Of a DNA stretch of 64,000 nt, positions 22,285 to 32,287 are shown piece by piece. The stretch is from an uncultured Nitrospiraceae bacterium (GTDB lineage: Bacteria; Nitrospirota; Thermodesulfovibrionia; Thermodesulfovibrionales; Dissulfurispiraceae). The DNA lies in NCBI GenBank assembly GCA_963705105.1, contig CAVPIW010000006.1, forward strand, positions 704,001 through 768,000. The letters are read 5' to 3'. The position numbers and the translations under genes are program-made. Position 1 is the first letter of the stretch. Every line of letters starts with the position of its first letter. A model generated the notes under the pieces. The model worked only from the letters and a program-made list of their open reading frames with translations, was not told the DNA's origin and searched no databases.

Positions 22285-25137
22285 ATGAATATGCCGACTG
22301 CGACCTATCGGATTCAATTCAATCCTGCATTCGGCTTTCAGGCCGCGCAGCCGGTCATTTCCTATCTGGCGGACCTGGGTATATCCGACCTGTACGCTTC
22401 TCCTATATTCAAAGCCGTCAAGGGCAGCCTCCACGGCTATGATGTGGTTGACCCCAATCACCTGAATCCTGAGTTGGGAGGGCTCTCTGACCTGGAGAGT
22501 CTGGCAGCGGAGTTGAAAGCGTACAACCTGGGGTGGATTCAGGATATCGTTCCGAATCATATGGCGATGGATTCGGACAATCGGCTGCTGATGGATATTA
22601 TGGAGAATGGTCCCGGTTCCCGGTACTTTCAGTTTTTCGACGTGGACTGGGATTATCCGGCCGCCAGCCTCAACAAGAGGATTCTGGCGCCATTTCTCGG
22701 CTGGTTCTATGGGGCATGTCTCGAAGATGGAGAGATCGCCCTCCAGTACGGTCCTGACGGCTTCAAGGCGGCTTATCACAACCTCTCTTTCCCGTTACGA
22801 ATCGAAACGTATCTCAATCTTTTCCACAACTTGCCCCGGCTAAAAAAGAAACTTGCCGAGGACGATTTCGACTTTATCAAGCTTTTGGGCATCCTCTACG
22901 TCTTGAAGACGCTTTCTTCCATCAATGAGGCGGAGGAGCGCAATAACCAGATAGCATTCATCAAGCGCACCCTGTGGGAACTCTACAATAGCAATGGCGT
23001 AATAAAAACGTTTGTTGATGAAAACGTGCGGACCTTCAATGGTGAAAAGGGGAAGGCCGAGAGTTTCAACCTTCTTGACGACCTTCTTTCCCAACAAGTC
23101 TTCAGGCTTTCATTTTGGAAAGTGGCCGCGGAAGAAATTAATTATCGCCGCTTTTTTTGTGTGAATGGGCTGATTTCACTAAGGGTTGAAGACGAGCACG
23201 TCCTGAACGACACGCACGGCCTGATTTTCGATCTCATTGAAAAACGAGTCGTCACCGGTGTAAGGATTGATCATGTCGACGGGCTGTACGATCCGGCAAA
23301 CTATCTGCAAAGAGTGAGAGAAAAAGTGCCTGCAAACTATATAATTGTTGAAAAAATACTCAATCTTCAGGAAGATCTTCCACCTTCCTGGCCGGTCCAG
23401 GGAACCACCGGCTATGATTTTACAAATTATGTCAATGAGTTGTTTTGCCAAAAGGAAAATGAGCGGGCATTTAACAGAATATATGCCGGAATAACGGGCT
23501 TGAAGAATTCTTATGAAGATGTCGTACGTGACAACAAAAAAATGATAATTCAGGAAGATATGGCGAGCGATGTCCACAACCTCGCCCAACTCCTGAAGAA
23601 TATCTCCAGCCGGGACCGTCATGGAAGCGACATAACCCTGAATGCGCTGCAAAGGGCCTTGACCGAAGTTCTGGCAGTGTTTCCGGTATACCGGACCTAC
23701 ATCAGCCGGGTCGTGGTCTCGGACGACGACAGGAAGTACATTTTGGCGGCGGTGAACCGGGCCGGAGCCAATTTCCCCGCCTTATTACATGGATTTACGT
23801 TCGTACGAAGATTCCTTCTCCTGGACTTTCCCGATTATGTTTCTGAGGAAGAGAAGCGGGACTGGCTCCATTTTGCCATGAGGTTTCAACAACTTACCGG
23901 GCCGGTCATGGCGAAGGGAGTGGAAGATACCACACACTATGTGTACAACCGGCTCTTGTCACTCAATGAGGTGGGCGGACGGCCGGGGCACTTCGGCTGC
24001 TCGCTCGAAGAATTCCACACCTTCAACACGAAGAAAAGAGACTTGTGGCCGTATTCTTTAAACGCGACATCGACTCACGATACCAAAAGAGGCGAAGACG
24101 CCCGCGCCAGAATTAATGTATTGTCCGAGATGCCGGACGAGTGGCTGAAGAAACTCCGGACCTGGATCAAGATAAACCAGGGCGAGAAAAAGCGCCTCCG
24201 CGGCTCAGCCGTTCCGGATAGAAACGACGAGTATTTCTTATACCAGACGCTGATTGGCGCCTGGCCGTTTTCAGATGCCGGGTATCCCGAGTTCATTGAA
24301 AGAATTAAGAGTTATATCGTCAAGGCCGTCCGGGAGGCCAAAGTCCATACGGCGTGGTTGAAACCCGACACTGAGTATGAAAACGCTTACGTCTCATTCA
24401 CCGAAAAGATACTGACACGCTCACGATCCAACGCGTTTCTGAAAGATTTCATCCCCTTTTGCAGGAGAGTTTCTCACTACGGGATACTCAACTCCCTCTC
24501 GCAGACACTGATCAAGATTACCTCACCCGGTGTGCCTGACTTCTATCAGGGATCCGAACTATGGGACCTGAGCCTGGTGGATCCGGACAATCGCAGGCCG
24601 GTGGATTTTGAAAAAAGGCGGGCCATGCTGGCCGGCATCCGCGAACAGGAGGATACTGATATCGGCCGACTGGTCCGGGATCTCCTGTCCGCGAGAGAGG
24701 ATGGCAGGATTAAACTCTTTCTCATGTATCGGGCGCTCAAGGCAAAAAAAGCGGACCGGGAGATCTTCCGTTCCGGCGCTTATCTTCCCCTTGAGTCGGC
24801 GGGAAGATTCAGGAGCCATGTGATTGCCTTTGCCTGGAGGTATCAGCGGAAATGGGCCCTGGTCATTGCCCCGAGGTTTCCCAGCCACCTGATTCAAGAG
24901 GGAGATTTTCCTCTGGGAAAACACGTATGGCAGGACACAGAGGTGATAATGCCGAACGGGGCGCCTGCTGCCTGGCGAAATACCATCACCAGCGAGGTGC
25001 TTTCTGCGGGCAGGGCATTGCCTGTCGGGGATGCATTGTTCAGTTTCCCGGTGGCGCTGCTCATGGGCGAAGGAAAGGAAGAGTATGTACCTTGTGGTCA
25101 TAGAAAGGCGGGGCGAAGCGCCTCAAAGCCTTGCTGA
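22285..25137 (+). CDS. treY: Malto-oligosyltrehalose synthase (C-terminus extended by MITE)
   Basis: PTATYRIQF, SLHGYDVVD, DIVPNHM, INYRRFF, RIDHVDGLYDP, STHDTKRGED, PGVPDFYQGSE, SLVDPDNRRPVD. Confidence 0.95.
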   Translation: MNMPTATYRIQFNPAFGFQAAQPVISYLADLGISDLYASPIFKAVKGSLHGYDVVDPNHLNPELGGLSDLESLAAELKAYNLGWIQDIVPNHMAMDSDNRLLMDIMENGPGSRYFQFFDVDWDYPAASLNKRILAPFLGWFYGACLEDGEIALQYGPDGFKAAYHNLSFPLRIETYLNLFHNLPRLKKKLAEDDFDFIKLLGILYVLKTLSSINEAEERNNQIAFIKRTLWELYNSNGVIKTFVDENVRTFNGEKGKAESFNLLDDLLSQQVFRLSFWKVAAEEINYRRFFCVNGLISLRVEDEHVLNDTHGLIFDLIEKRVVTGVRIDHVDGLYDPANYLQRVREKVPANYIIVEKILNLQEDLPPSWPVQGTTGYDFTNYVNELFCQKENERAFNRIYAGITGLKNSYEDVVRDNKKMIIQEDMASDVHNLAQLLKNISSRDRHGSDITLNALQRALTEVLAVFPVYRTYISRVVVSDDDRKYILAAVNRAGANFPALLHGFTFVRRFLLLDFPDYVSEEEKRDWLHFAMRFQQLTGPVMAKGVEDTTHYVYNRLLSLNEVGGRPGHFGCSLEEFHTFNTKKRDLWPYSLNATSTHDTKRGEDARARINVLSEMPDEWLKKLRTWIKINQGEKKRLRGSAVPDRNDEYFLYQTLIGAWPFSDAGYPEFIERIKSYIVKAVREAKVHTAWLKPDTEYENAYVSFTEKILTRSRSNAFLKDFIPFCRRVSHYGILNSLSQTLIKITSPGVPDFYQGSELWDLSLVDPDNRRPVDFEKRRAMLAGIREQEDTDIGRLVRDLLSAREDGRIKLFLMYRALKAKKADREIFRSGAYLPLESAGRFRSHVIAFAWRYQRKWALVIAPRFPSHLIQEGDFPLGKHVWQDTEVIMPNGAPAAWRNTITSEVLSAGRALPVGDALFSFPVALLMGEGKEEYVPCGHRKAGRSASKPC

Positions 25138-25299
25138 AGGCGACGATACGCCTCGTCAGGTTTGTCTTTCAGGATCCACTCTTTGTGTGATCGATCATTG
25201 GCTTGAAAGGTTGTCTTCAGTGAAGGTTAAGGTGTCGCCGCATCAAGGTTTTCGGCGCATACACCCCGCCTTTCCGGAGACCCTATTGCAACGATAAAG
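25090..25299 (-). mobile_element. MITE copy with TSD TGTA, inserted just before the original treY stop
   Basis: TGTA at 25086-89 and 25300-03, followed by TAA at 25304-06. Confidence 0.85.
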
Positions 25300-25405
25300 T
25301 GTATAAACCACTTGAGCGGTACCGTCCCGGCGGTTTTTGACGGGTATGCCGGAACAATGCGTATCCGCCGGGCAGAGCATTTCTATGAAATTGTGGGGGG
25401 GTAAG

Positions 25406-26077
25406 ATGTCTGCAGAAGCCAAGCATGAACCATTTTTCGTCAAAGACTGTGCGCTGGTGACCATAGCGACCGGGAAGAAGGCCCAAAACCTGAAAGAACT
25501 GAGAGAGCATTTGCTGAACATCCATCTGGGGAGCATATACCATCATTTTTGGGGCGGGCTCCTGAGGCCCAGATTCGATGAGCCTGAATACAACAACGAT
25601 TTTGCCGAATGGGTTCATCGTGCCCTTCAAGACAATATCCTTGCGGAACGATTATCTGTTGTCAACCCCGATCCTTTAACAAATCTGGAATCCTTGCGCC
25701 AGGAGCTGCTCGAAGTCATCGAACAGAGGTTGGATGAGATCGAAACGGTTACCTGGGCCAAGCCCGACAGGCAGTTTCATTTTGTCCGCTCTCAAATGGT
25801 GGTTTTCGATACCCAAAGCAAAATTGAAGAGCCGGAGGAATTGGTGGAGGCTGTACCCAAAATGTCCGTGGGAAGCATATTTTATCATTTTATTGATGCG
25901 AGACGCCGCAGCCCTGAAATGATGGACGATTTCCGCACCTGGTTAAGGTCTTGCGGTGATGATGAGCTTTGCTCACACGTGGCTGCAGTGGATCCCTACT
26001 TTGAATCCCTCGTGGAATTGCGCAAGCAACTGGCGGACCTGTTCGCAAAATATTTTATTCGGGGAGTGACGGGATGA
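25406..26077 (+). CDS. DUF5752-like protein (partner of TreT-type glycosyltransferase)
   Basis: Two repeats of the SIYHH/SIFYH..NDF/DDF motif; overlaps the next gene (ATGA). Confidence 0.75.
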   Translation: MSAEAKHEPFFVKDCALVTIATGKKAQNLKELREHLLNIHLGSIYHHFWGGLLRPRFDEPEYNNDFAEWVHRALQDNILAERLSVVNPDPLTNLESLRQELLEVIEQRLDEIETVTWAKPDRQFHFVRSQMVVFDTQSKIEEPEELVEAVPKMSVGSIFYHFIDARRRSPEMMDDFRTWLRSCGDDELCSHVAAVDPYFESLVELRKQLADLFAKYFIRGVTG

Positions 26078-27327
26078 CATCTATTGAAGATTATGCAGCA
26101 GTGACCGGAGAAAACGTGATCGATCGCCTCCGTCAACTTGCCAGGCCATTAAGGGGCACGAAGGTAGTGCACGTCAACTCCACGTATGTAGGTGGCGGTG
26201 TCGCGGAAATTCTGAGCAAGCTGGTGCCTCTCCAGAAAGATCTGGGCCTCGATGTGCGGTGGGAAGTAATTCGGGGTGAAGAGGCGTTTTTCCAGGTCAC
26301 CAAGGGCTTCCACAACGCCCTGCAGGGCATACCCGTCCAGATGGGGGACGGGTTTTTCAAGGTCTACGAGGAAACGGGCGCGCAAAACTCGGAAGAGCTC
26401 CGTTCGATCCTTGAAGAAGCCGACATAGTTATCATACATGATCCGCAGCCGCTGCCCCTTTTGAGGTCATGCCCGAATCGAAAGGGCAAGTGGATCTGGC
26501 GGTGTCATATCGACCTGAGCCATCCCTATCGTCCGGTGTGGCAATACTTGCGCAACTATGTCATGGAATACGATGCGAGTATTTTTTCCCTGGCGGATTT
26601 TGCCCAACCCTTGCCACACATCCAGTATCTGATGCAGCCGAGTATCGATCCTCTCAGCGAAAAGAACATGGATCTGACCCCGGATGTGGTCCATGCCGCC
26701 AAACTTCAATTCGGCCTGGACCCCGATAGACTGATAATGCTCCAGGTCTCACGCTTTGACCGGTTCAAGGATCCCTTAGGCGTCATCAGATCATATCGAC
26801 TGGTCAAGTCTTTCGCTCCGTCACTGCAATTGGTCCTCGCAGGCGGTGAAGCCACCGATGACCCCGAAGGCGCCGCGGTTCTGGCAGAGGTTCGAAATGA
26901 GGCCGGCGGAGACAAAGATGTCCACGTGCTGCTTTTGCCTCCGGATGCCCATGTCACGATTAATGCCCTGCAGCGAGGCGCGGACCTGGTGGTGCAAAAG
27001 TCTCTCAAAGAAGGATTCGGCCTCACCGTGACTGAGGCCCTGTGGAAAGGAAAACCCGTGATCGGCGGCGATGCAGGAGGCATTCGGCTTCAGATTGTGA
27101 ACCATCACACGGGTTTCCTGGTTAAGACTCCGGAGGGAGCTGCTTTGCGCGCCAGATATCTCCTGCGTCACCCCGATAAAGCCCTGGAAATGGGTCATAC
27201 AGCAAAAGAATTGGTCCGGCAAAATTTTCTGCTGACCAGAAATTTACAGGAGTATTTGAGCATTTTCGTGGCACTTATATATGGAGACCAGGAGCGGATA
27301 GAACTGCAACTGAAATCCGCACCGTGA
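26074..27327 (+). CDS. treT: GT4 glycosyltransferase, trehalose synthase TreT-like
   Basis: HVNSTYVGGGVAEIL, HNALQG, IHDPQP, WRCHIDLS, QVSRFDRFKDPLGVI, EGFGLTVTEALWK. Confidence 0.85.
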   Translation: MTSIEDYAAVTGENVIDRLRQLARPLRGTKVVHVNSTYVGGGVAEILSKLVPLQKDLGLDVRWEVIRGEEAFFQVTKGFHNALQGIPVQMGDGFFKVYEETGAQNSEELRSILEEADIVIIHDPQPLPLLRSCPNRKGKWIWRCHIDLSHPYRPVWQYLRNYVMEYDASIFSLADFAQPLPHIQYLMQPSIDPLSEKNMDLTPDVVHAAKLQFGLDPDRLIMLQVSRFDRFKDPLGVIRSYRLVKSFAPSLQLVLAGGEATDDPEGAAVLAEVRNEAGGDKDVHVLLLPPDAHVTINALQRGADLVVQKSLKEGFGLTVTEALWKGKPVIGGDAGGIRLQIVNHHTGFLVKTPEGAALRARYLLRHPDKALEMGHTAKELVRQNFLLTRNLQEYLSIFVALIYGDQERIELQLKSAP

Positions 27328-27338
27328 CGGAGGACGTG

Positions 27339-27405
27339 CATCAATCCACAGACGCTTGAATCGGGGATGCAAAGACCGGGCATCCAAAGAAATAAGCCCC
27401 GTTAG
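27339..27405 (+). pseudogene. Remnant of the 3' end of the sigma54 activator gene
   Basis: acgcttgaatcggggatgcaaagaccgggcatccaaagaaataagccccgttag matches ~15945-15998; the downstream gagacc..ggtctc hairpin is also copied. Confidence 0.8.
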
Positions 27406-27470
27406 AGACCGACGGTCTCCAACGGGGCGCTGGTCTCGGCGTTTTCTCTTACGGGTCCAAAAAAGAATTC

Positions 27471-27617
27471 CTGACATGTCAGGAGACTCCTGACATATCA
27501 GAATCCGGCGCCTTTCACAGCATCATTCCCCCATCGCAGCTTTCGCTGAAGTTTCCAATGATTCCAAAGTCTTAGAGAACCCTTTCTTTCAACGCAGCTC
27601 TTAGCACGGTTTATGCT
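27471..27617 (+). promoter_or_regulatory. Tandem palindromic UAS plus sigma54-like promoter, copy 2 (-24 GG reads AG)
   Basis: CTGACATGTCAG-GAGACTC-CTGACATATCAG (27471-27501); TAGCACGGTTTATGCT at 27602-27617. Confidence 0.7.
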
Positions 27618-27662
27618 CTTAAACAGTATGTGGCAAACGTTCAAAGAGAAAGGAGACACGTC

Positions 27663-27743
27663 ATGGACACCATACTTATAGTCATTATTTTGATTTTGAT
27701 CTTCGGCGGCGGCGGGTTCTACTGGACGAGACGGGGCCGTTAG
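27663..27743 (+). CDS. 26-aa membrane peptide (DUF3309-like), copy 1
   Basis: MDTILIVIILILIFGGGGFYWTRRGR; AAGGAG RBS; paralog at 33500. Confidence 0.75.
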   Translation: MDTILIVIILILIFGGGGFYWTRRGR

Positions 27744-27816
27744 GCGCCCAGACGAAGTTAATGCGGCTGACGCGCCAGGGCCGTCAGTCAGATCGAGATC
27801 CTAAAGGAGGAATACG

Positions 27817-27996
27817 ATGAAATCCAGCATGAAAGACAAAGTGGAAGGCACGCTTCACGAAGCAAAGGGAAAGATCAAGGAAATGGCCGGGGACCTGACC
27901 GATAATCCAAAGTTGGAAGCCGAAGGCGCCGCAGAAAAGATAGCCGGCAAAGTTCAGAAAAAGATGGGCCAGGTCAAGAAGGTGCTGGGGAAGTAG
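27817..27996 (+). CDS. csbD: CsbD-family general stress protein, copy 1
   Basis: MKSSMKDKVEGTLHEAKGKIKEMAGDLTDNPKLEAEGAAEKIAGKVQKKMGQVKKVLGK; AAGGAGG RBS. Confidence 0.9.
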   Translation: MKSSMKDKVEGTLHEAKGKIKEMAGDLTDNPKLEAEGAAEKIAGKVQKKMGQVKKVLGK

Positions 27997-28201
27997 CGGC
28001 GAGGGACGACGTGAAATAAGGGCCCAACCGCATAAAATGGGGACAGACCGATTCCCCGAGAAACGGACATCTGCATGGGTCCTGCCGGTTATGAAACGCA
28101 GGCAACAACGTCCCGAAGTGCAGGCAGTACAGACGGCTGTTCAAAAATGCAGTTTGCAACATTTGTCGGTAATGCGGCCTACAGCCGCCAAGGAGGCAAG
28201 G

Positions 28202-28417
28202 ATGTCAATTTTAAAGAATATTATTTTTTGTTTCTTCATCTGCGTGATTATCGTTTCTTTTACCGCCTGTACAAAAGAAGGGCCTGCCGAGCGTGCAGGA
28301 AAGAAAGTAGACGAGACTGTAGACAAAACCGGGGACAAGATAAAAGAGTCGACTGAGAAAGTAGGTGACAAAATTGAGAAAACTGGAGAAAAAGTGAAGG
28401 AATCCACTAAGAAATGA
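28202..28417 (+). CDS. Small hydrophilic stress lipoprotein
   Basis: Lipobox FTAC then KEGPAERAGKKVDE and K/E-rich repeats; AAGGAGG RBS. Confidence 0.8.
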   Translation: MSILKNIIFCFFICVIIVSFTACTKEGPAERAGKKVDETVDKTGDKIKESTEKVGDKIEKTGEKVKESTKK

Positions 28418-28463
28418 CAGGGCACAGGGATGGATTGAGAATTATGCGATGCCCTGGGATTTA

Positions 28464-28727
28464 CACTCCCGGGAAAGGCGGGGCTGGGGTGAATGCGCCG
28501 AAAACCTTGCTGCGGCGACACCTTAACCTTCACTGAAGACAACCTTTCAAGCCAATGATCGATCACACAAAGAGTGGAGTCCTGTAGGGGCCGTTCCCCG
28601 AACGGCCCGACATCGATGAAGCTATTTCAGGCCGACGGCTGAAGAAGGTGAACTTTTTGCTGACACTTACACTGACACTGACACTGTTTTCAGAGTGCTT
28701 CGCCCCGCCTTTCATGCAACTGAAAGG
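28464..28727 (+). mobile_element. MITE copy (left end truncated) carrying a GTAG-REP hairpin
   Basis: Near-identical to 40720-40993 in opposite orientation; right end TGCAACTGAAAGG. Confidence 0.8.
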
Positions 28728-28880
28728 TAGACTATGGCTTGCTTTTATCATGCTTGAAAAATACAAGAAGCAATGAAAAGAAGGAGAGTGGGTTTAAAGT
28801 GCTTCCCACCAAAATAGCGTCGGCAATAAGATCGAGATGAAACCACGCATACTGGAGATATTTTTTAGGGGAGGTATGGA

Positions 28881-29117
28881 ATGAAAAGGAAGCAGGGTAT
28901 ACATGATGATATTACAAGGGTCGCGTACGAACTTTATGAAAAAAGAGGCAGGGCTCACGGGCATGAGTTAGAGGATTGGTTAGAGGCAGAAAAGATAGTG
29001 ATGGAAAACCGTGAGAGACATGCAAGGGAAACCAAGCAGGAAGTTGATGTTGTCGCGAAACCAAAGGTCGGGTTTCGGCGGACTGTTAAGAGAGAAGGGT
29101 TTTATAAGAAAAGTTGA
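28881..29117 (+). CDS. DUF2934-like small protein
   Basis: ITRVAYELYEKRGRAHGHELEDWLEAE motif; GGAGG RBS. Confidence 0.85.
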   Translation: MKRKQGIHDDITRVAYELYEKRGRAHGHELEDWLEAEKIVMENRERHARETKQEVDVVAKPKVGFRRTVKREGFYKKS

Positions 29118-29364
29118 GAGACGCCAGTTAGACGGTCAACCAACAGCAATACGAGTTCCTTTGGACCCTCACCGGCAACATGGTGGTACGGTTTGAACCT
29201 TTTCTCATCGGGCTCCACATGTTCCTAAGATTCAGGGAACACGGATAGACCAACCCTTACTTAGCACATAACAGCTTGCCCATATCCCTGCCGTACCGCC
29301 TTATACTTACCCGTACGAAGGTTCAACCAATGATCAAGATCCTCGCGTTCGAAGGGGGGTAATA

Positions 29365-30050
29365 GATAGATCTCGTGCGCCGGGTGCGGCGTCCTGCTGG
29401 TGCTGGGTTTCTGGTAGATCGCCGCGAGCCCCATCGTCTGCATCAGTCGCCGTACCCGCTTCCTATTCGCCCGGTAGCCCTGCCGCCGAAGGTGCCAGAC
29501 CATCTGCCGGCTCCGTAATACGGTGTCTCCAGAAACTGCTCGTCTATCAGCCGCATCAGTTCCAGGTTCAAAGGACTCTCACCCAGAGCCTCGTAGTACA
29601 GTGAGGACCGGCTGGCCTGCAGCAACGTGCACTTGCCGAGTAATGCTGAGCCCTGGGTGGTCCCGCTCCACCATCTCCTTCCTCCGGTTGGGCTCATCGA
29701 CCGAAGGCGCGTACCAAAAAATCCCGTTCCACCGTCAACTGCCCGATCTTGGCATGCAGTTGCTTGACCTGAACCTCATGCGCCGCTTCGTCCTGGGATG
29801 CCTTCCCCTTGAACACATCCGCAAGTCCCTCGACCGCCTGCTTTTTCCAGTCGCTCACCTGATTGGGATGAATACTGAACCGTGCGGCTATCTCAGCTAT
29901 GGTCGATCCTCCTTCAGCGCCTCACGAGCCACCTTCGCCGTGAACTCCGCCGCATACCGATTCCTCTTCGTCTTGCTCATTTCGATGGTCCCTCCTCGGT
30001 GTTCGTGTTCTACACCTTATACGACTGTCCGAATTCTGGGGTCCACCTCT
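29365..30050 (-). mobile_element. Truncated, frameshifted IS3-family element (OrfA plus start of OrfB; no DDE domain)
   Basis: OrfA MSKTKRNRYAAEFTAKVA..., OrfB SRSSLYY, LELMRLIDEQFLETPYYG, NRKRVRRLMQTMGLAAIYQKP, HPAHEIY then break; terminal AGAGGTGGACCCCAGAATTCGGACA. Confidence 0.85.
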
Positions 30051-30229
30051 GTAAGGACGAGGTACGTAACTGCAAATCCCTTTATTCCTATGCCGTGAGA
30101 GGCTTCTCCTTCTTTCGTTATCTCTCTTTTTGTTTTTGCTTTTTTCATTCAGCGAAGTTGGCTGTGCTCAGGAATGACGCCTGATTACAGTTATTACCTT
30201 TCAGGATTTCAATTCCATCATAAAACATA

Positions 30230-30254
30230 GAGGGCGGGGATACCCCCCCGCCCT
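30230..30254 (-). terminator. Hairpin downstream of the ice-binding protein gene
   Basis: AGGGCGGGG-atacc-CCCCGCCCT-type GC stem. Confidence 0.5.
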
Positions 30255-30317
30255 ACAGGAAAACCTAAGGCACGGCCAGCTTCACTTAAGGATGAAACTA
30301 ATCCGGAGCTTCAGTAA

Positions 30318-31544
30318 TTAAACTCTCCTTCTGCTAAGAAAATAAACAGACCCAAGCCCTGCAAGCCCCATGAAGATTATCATCCCCCATTCGGTCATGG
30401 TGGGGACTGCGGTGGCAGTTGCCGTGCTGACGCTCAAGATTGCGCCGGCCGAGGCCGTATTGTTGCCTATGTTAGTTTGCAAGGCGTTGGCTGGCAGCGT
30501 GTTGGTGTAGCTGCCCGGGGTCGCCGCGGTCACGTGCACTGTTATTGTACAGACGCCGGGAATGCCGCTAGCTGCGGCCGGGATTGTGCCCGCCGTCAGC
30601 ATCACCGTGTTTGCGCCCGAATTTGCTGTCAGCGTGCTGCCTATACAGGTAGTGGAGGCACCGGACGGCGTCGCAATCACCATTCCACTGGGCAAGTTGT
30701 CGGTAAAGGATGTGATAGTGGCAGCACCGGCGTTGGCGTTGCTCAACGAAATTGTCAGAGTCGAGACACCGCCCACAACCATGGTGGCTGGGCCGAAGAC
30801 CTTGCTGACTCCCACCCCGCTGGGAGTCACACCAGAGCACGCGCTCGCGTTGATAGTGTTGTCATCCAGCGTCACCGCACCAGTTTGCGCTAAGGCTCGA
30901 CCGTTTAATCTTGCGCCGGTGTTCAAGGCGATTGACGTGCTCGCGAGAATATTTCCGATGAACGAAGTGTTTGTACCGAGAGTCCCGGACGAAACGAGCC
31001 TCCACCACACGTTACACGAGTCGCCACCGGTAACAGATGAACCAGCCGATGTCGTGAGCGTTGACGCAGACTTGAAAATCCAGACCCCCGACCCACTGAG
31101 GGTTAGATTTCCGGTCAGTAAGAAGGCGTTGGCGCAGTAAACACCCGGCCCGAGAGGAGAGACTGTGGTCAGGTCCTGCACGCCCGCGTAGGTGGTAGTG
31201 CATGGCTGGTCGAGAAAACCAAATGCAGCGGTGTTATCAGCCTGAGCCGCAGCCGCAACTGCATCACCTGCGTGTATCGTTCCGGGGGGAACCACGATCC
31301 CCGGAGGAAAGCCAGTGACTGCACTACCCGGACTGACACCCAGATCTCCTGTGGCTACGGTCGGACCGGTATTGGTCACCGTCGAGCCACCCAGGACAGC
31401 GAAGGGTGCCGCGTTACCCAGTGTTGGCGAGGTCGCGGCCAGTGCTGTGTCGGTTTGTGCCAATGAAAGACACGCGGCGAATCCCACGCTTGCCAAGAGG
31501 GTCAACCGCACCATTCGTTTAAGGATATTTCTTGTGCGGGGCAT
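30318..31544 (-). CDS. Secreted DUF3494 ice-binding-family protein with Ig-like (DUF11-like) domain and IPTL-CTERM-type anchor
   Basis: Signal peptide; FAVLGGSTVTNTGPT..GDLGVSPGSAVTGFPPG, PGVYC, WIFK, FIGNILASTSI, GRALAQTGAVTLDDN; C-terminal AVPTMTEWGMIIF..RRRV. Confidence 0.9.
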   Translation of the reverse strand: MPRTRNILKRMVRLTLLASVGFAACLSLAQTDTALAATSPTLGNAAPFAVLGGSTVTNTGPTVATGDLGVSPGSAVTGFPPGIVVPPGTIHAGDAVAAAAQADNTAAFGFLDQPCTTTYAGVQDLTTVSPLGPGVYCANAFLLTGNLTLSGSGVWIFKSASTLTTSAGSSVTGGDSCNVWWRLVSSGTLGTNTSFIGNILASTSIALNTGARLNGRALAQTGAVTLDDNTINASACSGVTPSGVGVSKVFGPATMVVGGVSTLTISLSNANAGAATITSFTDNLPSGMVIATPSGASTTCIGSTLTANSGANTVMLTAGTIPAAASGIPGVCTITVHVTAATPGSYTNTLPANALQTNIGNNTASAGAILSVSTATATAVPTMTEWGMIIFMGLAGLGSVYFLSRRRV

Positions 31545-31725
31545 TTCAGTATCCCTCTCTCTTGCCTTGCCCATTCTTGAACCATCACACATAGGATGCC
31601 CTCCTTCTGACCCTATTTCTTAGCATGCTAGTATAAAGTGATTTCGTATGTCAAGGACACAATGCTACTTTGTCAACGCAATGCTACTGAGTGGTCTCAG
31701 ATGCACAGGCCGGCACGTTTGCTGC

Positions 31726-32178
31726 CTAAGAGAGAGTCGGCGTGATCAACATCAGGTCATCCAAGCCCTTTGCTCTGGATGATGTCGGAGGCATATCCCC
31801 CTCATGAAGATCTCTTCCATCTCCTTGTCTAATCCCCCTTATTGTCCTCATAGGCCTTGCAATCGTGCTCCTTGTCATGAAGGGACGCTTCCGGGGGGGC
31901 GCATGGGGGTCGACTTCTTCCTTTTTGCGATCGCTTGACATTTTTACGGCAATGGCCGCAGCCTGCTCGGCCGGCATGCCTTCCGTGCGGCGCTCGTACT
32001 CCTGTTCGCCTCGGTCGTCCTTCTTTCGCAGCTCCGCATCCTCGCTGAGTTCTGTCTCGCCTGGCAGCTGCATGCGCAACTCCTCTATGAGCATCAGTAT
32101 CGCCGCCGCGACCGGGAGTGCAAGGAGCGCCCCCACGATTCCCAGCAGCGTTGCGCCCACGACGAGTGAAGAAAGCAC
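31726..32178 (-). pseudogene. C-terminal fragment of an AI-2E-type permease
   Basis: Begins abruptly at LVVGATLLGIVGALLALPVAA (last TM of the family); no N-terminal part upstream. Confidence 0.6.
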
Positions 32179-32287
32179 GACAGATGACGGAAGCGCACTA
32201 CTTCCGCTCGGTTGGGACCATCTTTCGGCGCCGGCTCGTCGGATTTATGGGGCGGCATCATCATTTATTCGATGCGTCTTTCCGTGA

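Noticed and set aside
29365..30050. IS3 remnant as the transposase for the MITE family
   Set aside because: Its terminus differs from the MITE ends and the DDE domain is missing
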